Source: a virus | Length of the DNA stretch: 64,000 nt | Strand: one strand, 5' to 3' | IMG/VR virus record: IMGVR_UViG_3300023240_000018 | Location: 6,086-70,085 of that record | Shown here: one piece after another, positions 37,943 to 48,171 of the stretch | How the letters are laid out: each line of letters opens with the position of its first letter | Position numbering within the stretch: the stretch's first letter is position 1 | The notes under the pieces: model-generated | Database searches by the model: none | What the model was told of the DNA's origin: nothing | The model's input: only the letters and a program-made list of their open reading frames with translations | Program-made: the position numbers and the translations under genes

Positions 37943-39587
37943 TGCCCTTCAATACTTTCTGCTTGGCGACCATGTCTCGCGTGAGATCGCTGCGCTGGCT
38001 TAGGACAAACATGTCCCGTTGCTTCTGCGGTTCCGTTCGAGTGAATGGGTCGGTGTTCATATTACGAGAAGCGACGGTGTGATGCCCCGGCTCGTTACTG
38101 TCGCCGTCAGTGATGACATGCTTGATTTGCGAAATGAGACCATCCAGCCGAATATCGAACTTCGGGCGGTTGTACCAGCCAACATCACGGGCGGAATACG
38201 TGTACATTCCCAAAGCGTTCGCTGAATACTCAGCCGCTAGTGAGTCAAGGTTCACTCGGTTCGTGATTGTCCCTGTAACCACGTGGTCGGAGTCGTACGT
38301 GACAACTGTTCGGGCGAAATTAGTCGGGTCGTTAATTGAGTGGTATCCGAACCCTGACGAACTCACTTCCGTGTCCTTCATGTATGATGCCAGTTGGTTC
38401 GTCACTGAGTTGCGGAGCCGGAACGCCGATTCCAGATACAACTCTGACGGCGAGATTGTTTCCTCTACTGTGTTACTAACAAACACGGCTTCACTGAACG
38501 CAACCAGCCCGCGATGCTCGTCGAACGTGAAGGGAAACCCAACCTCGTCATTGATTAGCGAAGGCAGCCGGACAGGCGCAGTTCTCTGCATGTGAATCCC
38601 ATAGACTCGCGGTTGAGGATTGTACGGGACGCCGTTAATGAATTCCGTTTCCACAAGCTGTGGCAACATCGGAAGCACTTGGTTAATGCTGGAAATCAGC
38701 CCCGATCCGTCTGGCAAGTTCAATCCACCATCAGCAAATGTGGCGGGAATGTACCACCGAAAAACGGTCTTGATTGCGAGTTTGTATTCATCCGAGTCCT
38801 TGTCGTACGTTTTGAGAACGTTTGGCATTTCAGGGTTTTCAGTTTCCCATCCGGAAAGCGGAGCATAGCTCAGGTCCGCAATTGGCTTGATGTTGCCGTC
38901 AGTGTCCATCCCCACCGCAATCATCTTGAATCGGGCCTGCGCAACTGACGGTGCAAAGCAGACTCTCACGTATTGTGGAGGAGTCGGCGGATCTAGCCCT
39001 TCAGCCGCTGCCATCAAATTTTCGGTAGGAAGCGATTCCCCAACCCCGACTTGAACAACCTTCACTGGGTCAGCGTTGAAGCCTAAGCAAATCCCGTACC
39101 CCCAGTCGGAGGTGACTTGGTCGAGCAGAGTATCTGGTCGCATGCAATACACGTCGACCTCAGGATAGAAGTTAGTGGCGACGGCAGACACGTCAATGTT
39201 TGTTTCGCCGATGTCCGCAAGTAACTGGGTAACGATTTGACGGTGGCTGAATAGCGTTGCAGCAATGAGGTTGCCATTAGTATCTCGCTCATTGAAGTGG
39301 TAGCTCACAGACGGATACCGCGACCATCGCCAGCGTCGATCCTGAAGCGTGATGCTCCCCTTGAAACCGCTTGGCGATATGTGAACGTTGGACTTGTCTG
39401 CCAAGCAATCTGGTAGTGTTTGCGTTTCAATGCCGTAGATGAACGTAACCGCACCGACCGCAGCCAGTGACGTGCTCTGCGGAACAATCTGCACGGAAAC
39501 CTTGTCCGGCGCCACGCCTCGGACCTGAGTGTAAATGGCACCCTTTGCTAGTAGGACGCCCGCGTATGTGACTGACCCCTGTGTCAT
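37935..39587 (-). CDS. baseplate hub/tail-tip-like protein
   Basis: 550 aa; L.DRRWRW, DG.I.QI.H; tail-module position. Confidence 0.55.
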   Translation of the reverse strand: MTQGSVTYAGVLLAKGAIYTQVRGVAPDKVSVQIVPQSTSLAAVGAVTFIYGIETQTLPDCLADKSNVHISPSGFKGSITLQDRRWRWSRYPSVSYHFNERDTNGNLIAATLFSHRQIVTQLLADIGETNIDVSAVATNFYPEVDVYCMRPDTLLDQVTSDWGYGICLGFNADPVKVVQVGVGESLPTENLMAAAEGLDPPTPPQYVRVCFAPSVAQARFKMIAVGMDTDGNIKPIADLSYAPLSGWETENPEMPNVLKTYDKDSDEYKLAIKTVFRWYIPATFADGGLNLPDGSGLISSINQVLPMLPQLVETEFINGVPYNPQPRVYGIHMQRTAPVRLPSLINDEVGFPFTFDEHRGLVAFSEAVFVSNTVEETISPSELYLESAFRLRNSVTNQLASYMKDTEVSSSGFGYHSINDPTNFARTVVTYDSDHVVTGTITNRVNLDSLAAEYSANALGMYTYSARDVGWYNRPKFDIRLDGLISQIKHVITDGDSNEPGHHTVASRNMNTDPFTRTEPQKQRDMFVLSQRSDLTRDMVAKQKVLKGNE

Positions 39588-40336
39588 AGTTCTGGCACCT
39601 CGAATGAGCTCAGGAACAGGAAGATCGCGGACTCGCCTTCATAGTGCCACTCAACAGAGTGCATGTCCTCGGTCTGAGAGTCGCCGTTCTTCGTGATGGA
39701 TTTCGGTGCATGATAGGTGATTCGTGCTCGTTCCCCGTGCATGTTGACAAGGGGGAAGACAGGTTCATTGGCCTCAGGGAGCTCGTCAAGCAGGACAAGC
39801 ATTCCCCGCTGAACGTACTTAATTGTTGTTGCCGCCGAAAGGGTTTGGTACTCCGGTGCTCCCGTCAGGCTAGGCATGTATCGCCACCGTGGCCCACCAT
39901 TGCCAATTCTCAGCACCTGCTCTTGGTACTTGATCACCTTAGCGGACAGTCGGTATTCAGCTTGAATGACGGCATAGAATGCACGCCGGTTCGACATCTC
40001 GGTGTGCATTTTCCAAGGACCGGTCATGTAGCCGAAGCTGACAACACGGACGCCTGAGAAAGATGCCGTGTCGCTCAAGGTGTGAGTGTTCCCATTTGCT
40101 GTGTACGACACCTCACCGTAGTTCTGGGCACCATCTGCGTAAGCTAATTCCAGGTCACGCATGGCGCCATTCAGGCCTTCCGGTGAACCGTCATTGACCA
40201 AAGCGCCTGCGATCGTCCACCGATCAATCCTCGTGAGCGGCTCTTTGTTGGGCGACTCGATAATGCGGGAATCGATCTTGATGCCAACCTCGTCAACGGG
40301 ATGCACCTTGTTGTTGAATACCAAGACGCCGCTCAT
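39584..40336 (-). CDS. distal tail-like structural protein
   Basis: 250 aa, W.I.G.L.......L......LE.AY. Confidence 0.5.
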   Translation of the reverse strand: MSGVLVFNNKVHPVDEVGIKIDSRIIESPNKEPLTRIDRWTIAGALVNDGSPEGLNGAMRDLELAYADGAQNYGEVSYTANGNTHTLSDTASFSGVRVVSFGYMTGPWKMHTEMSNRRAFYAVIQAEYRLSAKVIKYQEQVLRIGNGGPRWRYMPSLTGAPEYQTLSAATTIKYVQRGMLVLLDELPEANEPVFPLVNMHGERARITYHAPKSITKNGDSQTEDMHSVEWHYEGESAIFLFLSSFEVPEL

Positions 40337-41529
40337 GATCTCTCCCACACTTGAATGCTATTCGATGCTCTCTCAAGGCGTAGGATATTTTCCGATTCTG
40401 TCGTGACGCCGGGAGAGAATGTTTCCAGTGATGGTAGGTCATCAAATCCGGGGACTGTTATCGAAGCCGACAGCCCCCCGCGATCAGCGCTCATTGCCTC
40501 ATTCTCTGCCTGAATTAGCATCTCGGTGAATTCAGCTTCTCGACCTTCTGGTGCTATAATAAGGCTTCCCTGTGGCTTGGCAATTAACTCAGGACTAGCC
40601 GGCCCTTCCTGTTGAATCTCGGCTGTGAGTTCGTTGTCTGCTGCCTGGACAAGTGCGACTGGAAGCGGCAGGACTTCATTGAATTCCGTGGGTTCAGTGG
40701 GTTCCGTTGGGGTTGCGTCTGTTGCTGATTCATCGATTCGGGGCTTATTGACATCTGCCAGTTCGGACTCTGGCTGACGTGAGTTCTCCTGCTCGACGGC
40801 ACCGTCTCCGGTGAACAAATCTGGGTCAGCAATATCTGCTTCCGGAGTAATAAAAACATCCGGGAGAGTGGGACTCGATACAGTAACTACATCTGCCAGT
40901 TCGGACTCTGGCTGACGTGAGTTCTCCTGCTCGACGGCACCGTCTCCGGTGAACAAATCTGGGTCAGCAATATCTGCTTCCGGAGTAATAAAAACATCCG
41001 GGAGAGTGGGACTCGATACAGTAACTACATCAGTGACTGATGCAGGGCTGGCAGATGCTGAAAGGACTTCACTCTGGTCTGGTACTGTTGGACTAATCGA
41101 TTGACTCGTATCTGCTCCTGCTGTGATCGCCTCTGCATGTTGTGCCTCTGTGGTTAACGGTTCAGTTGATTCGGCTTCGTCTCCGATCGCAGAAATCAAT
41201 TCCTCTGGTGGGGAAACTAGCGTTGGCTGACTCTCCGGGACTTCGTTCGCGACAGCGGAATCTCCCTCCGTCGCTTCTTCTTGTGTGAAAATGGCCGAGT
41301 CCATGGCCGGTTCTGACATCAGTGTCAAGCTCAACGAATCCTCCGTTAGCTCGTCAACATCCCTGACTTCACGTTTCTCTCCATCGGAGGAAACTATGTC
41401 TGTGCGTTCATCCAGTTCCTGATCACGCGAAAGACTAATGAGTCCCTGCATGTCATCATCCAGCATGGATGCCGGATCTTTATTTCCCTGGCGTGCCAGG
41501 AATTCCGAGATGAATTTTCGGTAGTCCAT
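40333..41529 (-). CDS. highly acidic low-complexity protein at tape-measure position
   Basis: E/D/P/S/T-rich; exact 46-aa duplication. Confidence 0.65.
   Translation of the reverse strand: MDYRKFISEFLARQGNKDPASMLDDDMQGLISLSRDQELDERTDIVSSDGEKREVRDVDELTEDSLSLTLMSEPAMDSAIFTQEEATEGDSAVANEVPESQPTLVSPPEELISAIGDEAESTEPLTTEAQHAEAITAGADTSQSISPTVPDQSEVLSASASPASVTDVVTVSSPTLPDVFITPEADIADPDLFTGDGAVEQENSRQPESELADVVTVSSPTLPDVFITPEADIADPDLFTGDGAVEQENSRQPESELADVNKPRIDESATDATPTEPTEPTEFNEVLPLPVALVQAADNELTAEIQQEGPASPELIAKPQGSLIIAPEGREAEFTEMLIQAENEAMSADRGGLSASITVPGFDDLPSLETFSPGVTTESENILRLERASNSIQVWERS
40751..41031 (-). repeat. 138-bp tandem duplication (2 copies, no mismatch seen by eye)
   Basis: ACATCTGCCAGTTCGGACTC... 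at 40751 and 40889. Confidence 0.95.
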
Positions 41530-42091
41530 ACTGTTCAATCATATCGCCGATCAGTTTCCAATTCCTTCGAACGATCGGGCATTGCTTATGAAGGTCTGGC
41601 AGTCCAACGTGACGCCATTCCAGATAGTGCTTCCATGCCTGTTGATTTCTTGGACTCCACTCTGCTGGGCTGGAGTGGTGGCCTTTCTCGCATCCGGCTG
41701 TTGTTTCGCAAGAAGCCTTTGCGTGTCGCTTCCGCCTGATTGGCCCTCTCTCATTTAAGCAAACGTACCCTGTGTCTTGATTGAACCACCACGCTTTGCA
41801 AAGCTCGCAGGAGCGAAGTGAAAGAAGCGGATGTTTAAGTGCGATCTCAAGGCCGGATCTCAAATTGTTGAAATCATTCTCGTCATCCCACTCCAGCTGT
41901 CGCTTCGTGATTTCCGTTAGTTGTGTCTCGTCAGGCTCCCCCCCATCAAATCGGATTGGCGACCAGAGGATGTCATCGATTCCCCACCAGTCTTCAAGCC
42001 TATGAAGCGCCTCGAGCTTCAGGCGGTCAACCCCCAGCAATGGCCGAAAGCGAAACCCCTGAAACTCTTCGGTGTAGCCGTCATCGATCAT
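41480..42091 (-). CDS. tail assembly chaperone-like protein
   Basis: Directly after tube gene; C..C...C...C..G.......N.QAW.HY pattern. Confidence 0.55.
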   Translation of the reverse strand: MIDDGYTEEFQGFRFRPLLGVDRLKLEALHRLEDWWGIDDILWSPIRFDGGEPDETQLTEITKRQLEWDDENDFNNLRSGLEIALKHPLLSLRSCELCKAWWFNQDTGYVCLNERGPIRRKRHAKASCETTAGCEKGHHSSPAEWSPRNQQAWKHYLEWRHVGLPDLHKQCPIVRRNWKLIGDMIEQYGLPKIHLGIPGTPGK

Positions 42092-43026
42092 GGTGAGTCT
42101 TGTTGCGATATCGTGATTGGCGGAATCCGAGTTATATCATCCTCCTCAATATCACGATGCAAGAGCATTGTGACTGGAGTGCGGATCTGATCAGCCTTGC
42201 CAGTGATGTTACCCGGACGGGCAACGCCGATACCGGCTGGCATTGTGAATGTAAGTTCCTTGGTGCCGTTGTCTAAGATCAGAACTGACCCGATTCCTTC
42301 GTCGAAGTCGCGAGCGTTGAAAAACGTGTCATTATGTGCGGTCACATACGGAATCGAGGTGGCGAACACCGACTGCCGGTTGCCAATCTGGATGTCCGTC
42401 ATCGTGATTGAGTTGTTGTGTTCAATGATTGGATTGCTGTCAACCTGCAACATGAATCGGTCAAACGGGCGGTTAACGTAGGCTGGTGTTCCAGCATCAT
42501 TCTCCATCGTCAGGCTTGAGTGAGTGAACGCGAACTCATCTCCGAAGTCGAGTTTGTCTACAGTGAACGTACCGGCCACTTCATCGACACCAACTACGTC
42601 AATGGTCATCTGGACTGGGCGACTACCCTTTGATCCCCGAAAAGCAAACTTCGTGATGAATGCTTCAGCAATGCTGTGGATCTCGCCAACCATGTCAATA
42701 ACAACCGCGAATGACACGAGCGGGTCTGTGGGGCCGAGCGTCCATGGACCATTAGCGCCCGGAGCGATTGTAACACCCAGAAGCGGAAAGATGTGCTCCG
42801 CGATCGGGTAAGTGAGGTCAAATGCGAACTGCCACTTGACCATCTTGCGGCCCTTTTGAGCTCGGGAGATAAATGGGTCCAAGTCGCCGCAGATGTTGTT
42901 GTCGGAATTCGTCACGATCTCGCGTGTGGACATTGGGGTCGCACTCGCAAAACAGATGGTTTTGGCGTTGATGTTCAGGCGGGCCAAAACGGCTGGTGCG
43001 ATTTCACTGCCAAGTGTAATGGTCAT
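42088..43026 (-). CDS. tail tube-like protein
   Basis: 312 aa beta-rich, follows tail-completion gene. Confidence 0.55.
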   Translation of the reverse strand: MTITLGSEIAPAVLARLNINAKTICFASATPMSTREIVTNSDNNICGDLDPFISRAQKGRKMVKWQFAFDLTYPIAEHIFPLLGVTIAPGANGPWTLGPTDPLVSFAVVIDMVGEIHSIAEAFITKFAFRGSKGSRPVQMTIDVVGVDEVAGTFTVDKLDFGDEFAFTHSSLTMENDAGTPAYVNRPFDRFMLQVDSNPIIEHNNSITMTDIQIGNRQSVFATSIPYVTAHNDTFFNARDFDEGIGSVLILDNGTKELTFTMPAGIGVARPGNITGKADQIRTPVTMLLHRDIEEDDITRIPPITISQQDSP

Positions 43027-43035
43027 TCGATTTCC

Positions 43036-43599
43036 TTATCGTTCTACTTTTCTGGGTGTGCGTGTGAAACACTCAACGTTGAGCGCCATTCGGAAATGTT
43101 CACTGAATGCCCAATCTGTTTCGTCCGAGGGATTCATGTCTGAAACGTGAACCATGTAAACTTGGCCCAATGATAACGGACATTGAGCCAAAGGTGAAAG
43201 CGATCCCGGAGCTCCCTGCAATTGAAATCGAATTGCTGCGGTCCACGCCATGTACGACGCGATGTTCGTTGCATCGCCATCATCGCCTGCATCGACTAAC
43301 TGAACCAGAATCTCGACGACTCCATCATCCACTGTGTTCTCGCCAGCCGTGACTGGTCGCCTGTGGCCGCGGTACGTGACAATGAATCCGGGTAAATCGA
43401 TCCCCCGTTCTGGTGCCTGCTGAGAACGCTCATCATTGCTTGGTCTACGATTCAGCCGAATGATGACCGATTCCTTGTTGACTTCCTGAATGCTGTCTCC
43501 GGGGATAGCAGAAAACCTATGGTTCTTCGCCATTTGACTGATAGTGCCGTGAACAGTGGAGAGACACCAGTGCTCAATGCTCGTTGCTGGACTGGCCAT
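43036..43599 (-). CDS. tail completion/terminator-like protein
   Basis: LPG.IV motif, position. Confidence 0.5.
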   Translation of the reverse strand: MASPATSIEHWCLSTVHGTISQMAKNHRFSAIPGDSIQEVNKESVIIRLNRRPSNDERSQQAPERGIDLPGFIVTYRGHRRPVTAGENTVDDGVVEILVQLVDAGDDGDATNIASYMAWTAAIRFQLQGAPGSLSPLAQCPLSLGQVYMVHVSDMNPSDETDWAFSEHFRMALNVECFTRTPRKVER

Positions 43600-44760
43600 C
43601 TAATCAGCCCCCTCGACCGAGAAGTAAATTCGCCTGTTCGCAGAACGCTCTTGGCCTGGCGCGTCAGCCCTGAGAGCTGCACGAAACGCCATCATTCGCT
43701 CTGCCTTGGATGTTCGTCGAATCGATGCCTCCGCGCGTGTGAGGATGTCGTACTGTTCCTCAGCCAGTCGCAATAGCAGTTCCCACATGCCTTCGAAGTT
43801 CACGTCGATGTGTGGAGACATCGAGAATCCGACTGTTGACTGGGATTCCGCAGCCGATGACAGGGTCGCAGAGACTGTGCTTTCAACTGAAATGATAATC
43901 TTTTCAGAGATCGCCGGGTTCAACGTGTTTTCGTAGACGCCCGTTGCGTTGTCCTTCACCAGTTTGCCGAATTCACTTGTTGGTGAGTCAGCGTCCACTG
44001 AAGTCCTGAATACCGAACCAACGTGATTCGAGTTGAGGATTCCCTCACTGAAAGTTGCAGTGCTTCCACTCACAGTGACATTGCCATTCGCTGTGCTCGA
44101 CTCGATTGAATTAAACCGGATGACAGTGTTTCGGGCCTGATACAAATAGCGGAGAGTCCGGGATGATTCGACTGACCCAGACAGCCACAGTTCCAAGCGA
44201 CCGGGGTTTGCCGCAGACGGCAGGATCGCCCAGTGTGCTGGCATGGAATCAATGTTGATCATCTCCTGCCATTCCCACACATTAACCGCAGGGACGCGAC
44301 TGAACGAGTAGAACCCCGTGTCTGTCAGTTCAACAATATCGCCTAGGTCCATAGGCAACAGGTATCGAACCTGTGACCAGCGAACAGATCCCGTGACATC
44401 TGCAGCCGGCCCTTCCTTTAACTGCAGGACTGTGGTAGACAATTTCCTGATGATTCGATATCGGCGATCGGCAATTGTGACCGATCCCATTTCGACATCA
44501 TCGCCCCATGTGCCGGAGGACAACGTGAGCTTCAGGTCTGCTACTGTGTACGCGACCCCCTCGTAAGTCACGGGGAGGGATGTGTTGATTGATCCAGTGC
44601 GGCGAAAATACTCCCAATTCGCGAGGGAAGGCAGCAGCCGATAGGCTTCAATAATTGCCCTGCGCAGAACCCGAGCCTGCCGCCCGACGGCTTTACCGTT
44701 TTGGTAAAACACGTCAAGCAGGTGCTCATACACATCACTGTAAGATAGGAGTTCTGACAT
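43600..44760 (-). CDS. head-tail adaptor-like protein
   Basis: AI.EAY......W.YF, Y.LP.D, LW; downstream of portal. Confidence 0.65.
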   Translation of the reverse strand: MSELLSYSDVYEHLLDVFYQNGKAVGRQARVLRRAIIEAYRLLPSLANWEYFRRTGSINTSLPVTYEGVAYTVADLKLTLSSGTWGDDVEMGSVTIADRRYRIIRKLSTTVLQLKEGPAADVTGSVRWSQVRYLLPMDLGDIVELTDTGFYSFSRVPAVNVWEWQEMINIDSMPAHWAILPSAANPGRLELWLSGSVESSRTLRYLYQARNTVIRFNSIESSTANGNVTVSGSTATFSEGILNSNHVGSVFRTSVDADSPTSEFGKLVKDNATGVYENTLNPAISEKIIISVESTVSATLSSAAESQSTVGFSMSPHIDVNFEGMWELLLRLAEEQYDILTRAEASIRRTSKAERMMAFRAALRADAPGQERSANRRIYFSVEGAD

Positions 44761-44794
44761 CGGACATATCTCAAAAACAGTCTAAAACGGGGAA

Positions 44795-45079
44795 CTACGC
44801 TTCAGGCTCAGTTTCAGGATCAGTTTCAGGCTCGAGCGCCTCCAATCGCCTTTTCAGATTGACGACGGACTCTGAGAGATCCTCAACCATTTCCCGCAAC
44901 TGCTGGACTTGACCCTCATTCGGGCACTTGCCCAGGCTTCCGCCTTTGCGGTCCCGAAGATCTTTCAGGAACTCAATCAAGATCGCAGCTCCCTGCTTGG
45001 GAACCTTTACTGTGCTTCGGATTGCGCCCTCAATCTGCGACCATTTTTTTTCGGGGGTCATTTTGTCTGGTCTCATCAT
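44795..45079 (-). CDS. hypothetical protein
   Basis: TGATG coupling; coiled coil and PET repeats. Confidence 0.55.
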   Translation of the reverse strand: MMRPDKMTPEKKWSQIEGAIRSTVKVPKQGAAILIEFLKDLRDRKGGSLGKCPNEGQVQQLREMVEDLSESVVNLKRRLEALEPETDPETEPEA

Positions 45080-45654
45080 CAGTCTTTCTTGTTGTTGCCG
45101 TGCCGCTCAATGATCGAGGCGGCGAGTTCGGCACGGGGTTTTCTTGCCAAGCTGGGATCTGCTTTGATCCTCTCCTGTGCAATGCGATTAACGATTCTGG
45201 GATTCAATGCCACATGCGGCTTAGGCTTCAGTCGTTCCTCAGCAACATGATTGGCATGATTCTGGACACTCTCACGCGTGTTCGTGTTCGAAAGGACTGC
45301 GTTCACGTCACCGGGGAACGCTGCGGCCGTCGGGATATAGTGATCATCGGACTTGAGGCTGTACCCCTGCTTCGCGAGTTGCCCCCTGAGTCTCTCGACG
45401 GCACGGCGGTCTCCATTCATCCGGTCAAGAATTGAAAGGCCGTGACGCCGCTGGTCGCTTTGGAAGACAGCATTCGTGATTCCGATACCCGGAGCCTGTT
45501 GCATCGCCAGCGTTTCCGCGAACTTCGGCGTGTTTCCGGCAGCAACAGATTCTAGAAAGAACTGCATGACGGTCTTGTCGCCGCATCGCATCGGGCAATC
45601 ACCGAATGCCTGAATGTCATCAGGGATGTCGAGTTGTTTTAGTTTAGTCTTCAC
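45079..45654 (-). CDS. hypothetical portal-adjacent protein (start approximate)
   Basis: GTG start overlapping portal end; A.FPGD..A motif. Confidence 0.55.
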   Translation of the reverse strand: MKTKLKQLDIPDDIQAFGDCPMRCGDKTVMQFFLESVAAGNTPKFAETLAMQQAPGIGITNAVFQSDQRRHGLSILDRMNGDRRAVERLRGQLAKQGYSLKSDDHYIPTAAAFPGDVNAVLSNTNTRESVQNHANHVAEERLKPKPHVALNPRIVNRIAQERIKADPSLARKPRAELAASIIERHGNNKKD

Positions 45655-47848
45655 TCTGTTTGCCTTCTTTGAGTTTCTGTTTTCCCTGAGCATCATTGAA
45701 CAGAAGCATCTGAATCTGGTTCTGTCCGTCGTGCGCCAGCAACTGCTCATGCAGTTCTTCCTTCTGCCGCATATTCTGCTCATGCTCCATTTCGCCGATC
45801 ATCCCACCGGGGATCTGTGTCTTGATCATCGTTGCTGCAGCATCTGCCATCGCTTTTTTCGCGGCGGCATTCTTCGCTTCGGTCTCAGCGGCTGTCTTCT
45901 GCATGTCCAGTTGCTGAGATTGCTGCTGAATCTGCTGCTGCTCTTCGTTGACTGGTGGCTGCCACGGAGGCAACTGGATTGGCTCGCCAGCAAGCTCCAT
46001 CGCCTCAGACATCATCTCAATGAGCTGATTGATTGGCTTGGTGTCCGTTGTCGATTGGGCGTACTGTTGGAGCGCCGGGAGAAGAAACTGCTGTAAGGCC
46101 TGGACGTTTGCCGTATCGCGTTCCTTGTTCGGCCGTCGAACCTCAGAGGCTTCAACCGTCGCTTTGGCTTCCCGCATGAGTTGCTCAATGGGCATCTGGC
46201 CGAAATACTGATCCCATTGCGACGCCCCGAATCCGCCAAGCAAGTGAGTGAGATCGACGCCTTGAACGTGCATCACTGCCAGAAACATTTCCAACTGAGA
46301 GGCATCGGTCAGGAATCGAGCAACATCGCCAGACATCTTCTCGGGACGAATGTTGACCGCGTCGGACTTCTGACGACTATCAGCTGCGACTCGCACCTGA
46401 GTTTTTGATTCCCCGTAGTGCAATTCCGACAGGCCAACGCGACGATCAAACGCGGCTGCCATCATCTGAATCGCCGCAAGCTGGTCAGTGTTGGCTGCTG
46501 GACGCTGCAGGAACTGCATGACCTCATTGATGTTGCTGTTGATGTTGTCGTTCAGCGGGACTTTCACAAACGCCGCATCTGAATTAAGAGCTTCCTGTAG
46601 GCTTATGGTGGCTGACTCGACATACGCCAGAATCTGCTGGCGATTATTCCACGCCTGATCGACATAGCTCGATGTGAGCACGTTTAGTGCGATGAGCTCC
46701 CCAAGCCCCGGAGCCAATGGGGCTAAAGGCCATGGTGAGTTGAGAATCGGGTTGTACGAAAGCCGCGCAACAGGCCAGCGGTTGTCTTTATTGCAAGGAA
46801 ACTCAGCACCGAAGTTGGTGCATCGCCACTTGAACATGTCTTTGACTTCGTCTGAAGTCGCTGGATTGTCCCCAAAATACTTCTCTGGTGGTGCGTTGAG
46901 CGGGAACGGAACGCCTGGCGCGACAACAAGATAGGCGTCATCACCCACCTGCTGATCAAACGCGTCGACCATCTGGTGGTTCAGGTCTTTTGTGCGAGGA
47001 CCAACACCGACTTTCGACCAGACTTCATACCATTCCATGCAGTCGAACGTGTCTTTTTTTTTGTCCTTCTGTGCTTGGTTCGTGTCTTGGCGTGCTTGGT
47101 GTTCCTTGCTCTTGACTGTGCCCATGCCATCAAGTCGGCCTCGTTCTAGCCCAAACTTGCGTTCAACAAACCAGATGGGGTCCACGTGCTTGCGAACAAT
47201 GTAGCCAGCAGTGTCCCACAGCGGATCATGGCAATCCGGATCTACGAATAGATCATCAACTGTACCGTAGGTGTTTTTGGTGTAGACGGCTTCGGAGCCA
47301 CGAGGGGAATACGTTTCCGTCCACAGCAGCCCCATGCCCTTAATGAGTGACTCCGTAACCGCGTGCATCCCGTGGACAATCAGCCCAGCCGGCTGCTCAC
47401 GTTGAGACCAGTCCAGATACAACGACATCATCTGGTTGCCGAAGTTCGTAAGAGCTTCTTCCTGAGCCTCCTGCAACATGACCTGACCGGCCATCTCCTG
47501 AACGGCTGGATCGTTGGGGTCTCCAAAAATCTCAGGAGTTAACTTCAGTTTTCGCTGAGAGAAAACCTTGCGACTAGCGTACTGCCAATACAAATGCGGC
47601 CCGAAAATCGAAACGAATTCAAACGCCTTGGCAATAGTGAACGCGAATTTCGGTGAAGGAAGATCCCCGTTGAAATACTCCTTTTCTTTCCACATGAACC
47701 CAGCTTGGGATTCGTAGAAATCGTTGCACGTCTTGCCAATGGCAATGAACCGTTTCTTGGCGTGCTTAGCAGCCTTGATTCGCTCTAGCCAGATGGCCGT
47801 GAGCGGACCATAGAACTGCCCTTGGAGTTGGTGTACGTCTTTGTACAT
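45644..47848 (-). CDS. portal protein
   Basis: 734 aa after terminase; KG.G.LW, D.FVDPD, WYEVW, Gln-rich coiled C-terminus. Confidence 0.8.
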   Translation of the reverse strand: MYKDVHQLQGQFYGPLTAIWLERIKAAKHAKKRFIAIGKTCNDFYESQAGFMWKEKEYFNGDLPSPKFAFTIAKAFEFVSIFGPHLYWQYASRKVFSQRKLKLTPEIFGDPNDPAVQEMAGQVMLQEAQEEALTNFGNQMMSLYLDWSQREQPAGLIVHGMHAVTESLIKGMGLLWTETYSPRGSEAVYTKNTYGTVDDLFVDPDCHDPLWDTAGYIVRKHVDPIWFVERKFGLERGRLDGMGTVKSKEHQARQDTNQAQKDKKKDTFDCMEWYEVWSKVGVGPRTKDLNHQMVDAFDQQVGDDAYLVVAPGVPFPLNAPPEKYFGDNPATSDEVKDMFKWRCTNFGAEFPCNKDNRWPVARLSYNPILNSPWPLAPLAPGLGELIALNVLTSSYVDQAWNNRQQILAYVESATISLQEALNSDAAFVKVPLNDNINSNINEVMQFLQRPAANTDQLAAIQMMAAAFDRRVGLSELHYGESKTQVRVAADSRQKSDAVNIRPEKMSGDVARFLTDASQLEMFLAVMHVQGVDLTHLLGGFGASQWDQYFGQMPIEQLMREAKATVEASEVRRPNKERDTANVQALQQFLLPALQQYAQSTTDTKPINQLIEMMSEAMELAGEPIQLPPWQPPVNEEQQQIQQQSQQLDMQKTAAETEAKNAAAKKAMADAAATMIKTQIPGGMIGEMEHEQNMRQKEELHEQLLAHDGQNQIQMLLFNDAQGKQKLKEGKQSED

Positions 47849-48171
47849 TAGTCTTCAGCGTCCCGTCGAGTCCATGTGCCACTACTAACACGGTGCCTCT
47901 TTGTCAGAGTGGGGTCATCAGAATGCTTGACGGCGTCTTTCGCGTCGTCCCCATTCTCGCCGAAAACCCGCAGACACAACGTTGTGGGCCCCCGGACCTG
48001 AATGATCAATGCAGGCAGAGACCCATTGCGTGTTTCCCCGGCCGGGTGCCAGAAAACAAAGTCAGCAATGGACAACCCCTCAGTGCTGACATAGGGCTTC
48101 TTTGCGTTCGGTTTCTTCGCTGGCTTTGCCGGCTTTGCTGTCTCGTTTGGTATCAATGTTGCCTGAGCCAT
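47848..48171 (-). CDS. small conserved phage protein
   Basis: V.W.......PALI..V......L.VF....G.W pattern. Confidence 0.6.
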   Translation of the reverse strand: MAQATLIPNETAKPAKPAKKPNAKKPYVSTEGLSIADFVFWHPAGETRNGSLPALIIQVRGPTTLCLRVFGENGDDAKDAVKHSDDPTLTKRHRVSSGTWTRRDAED

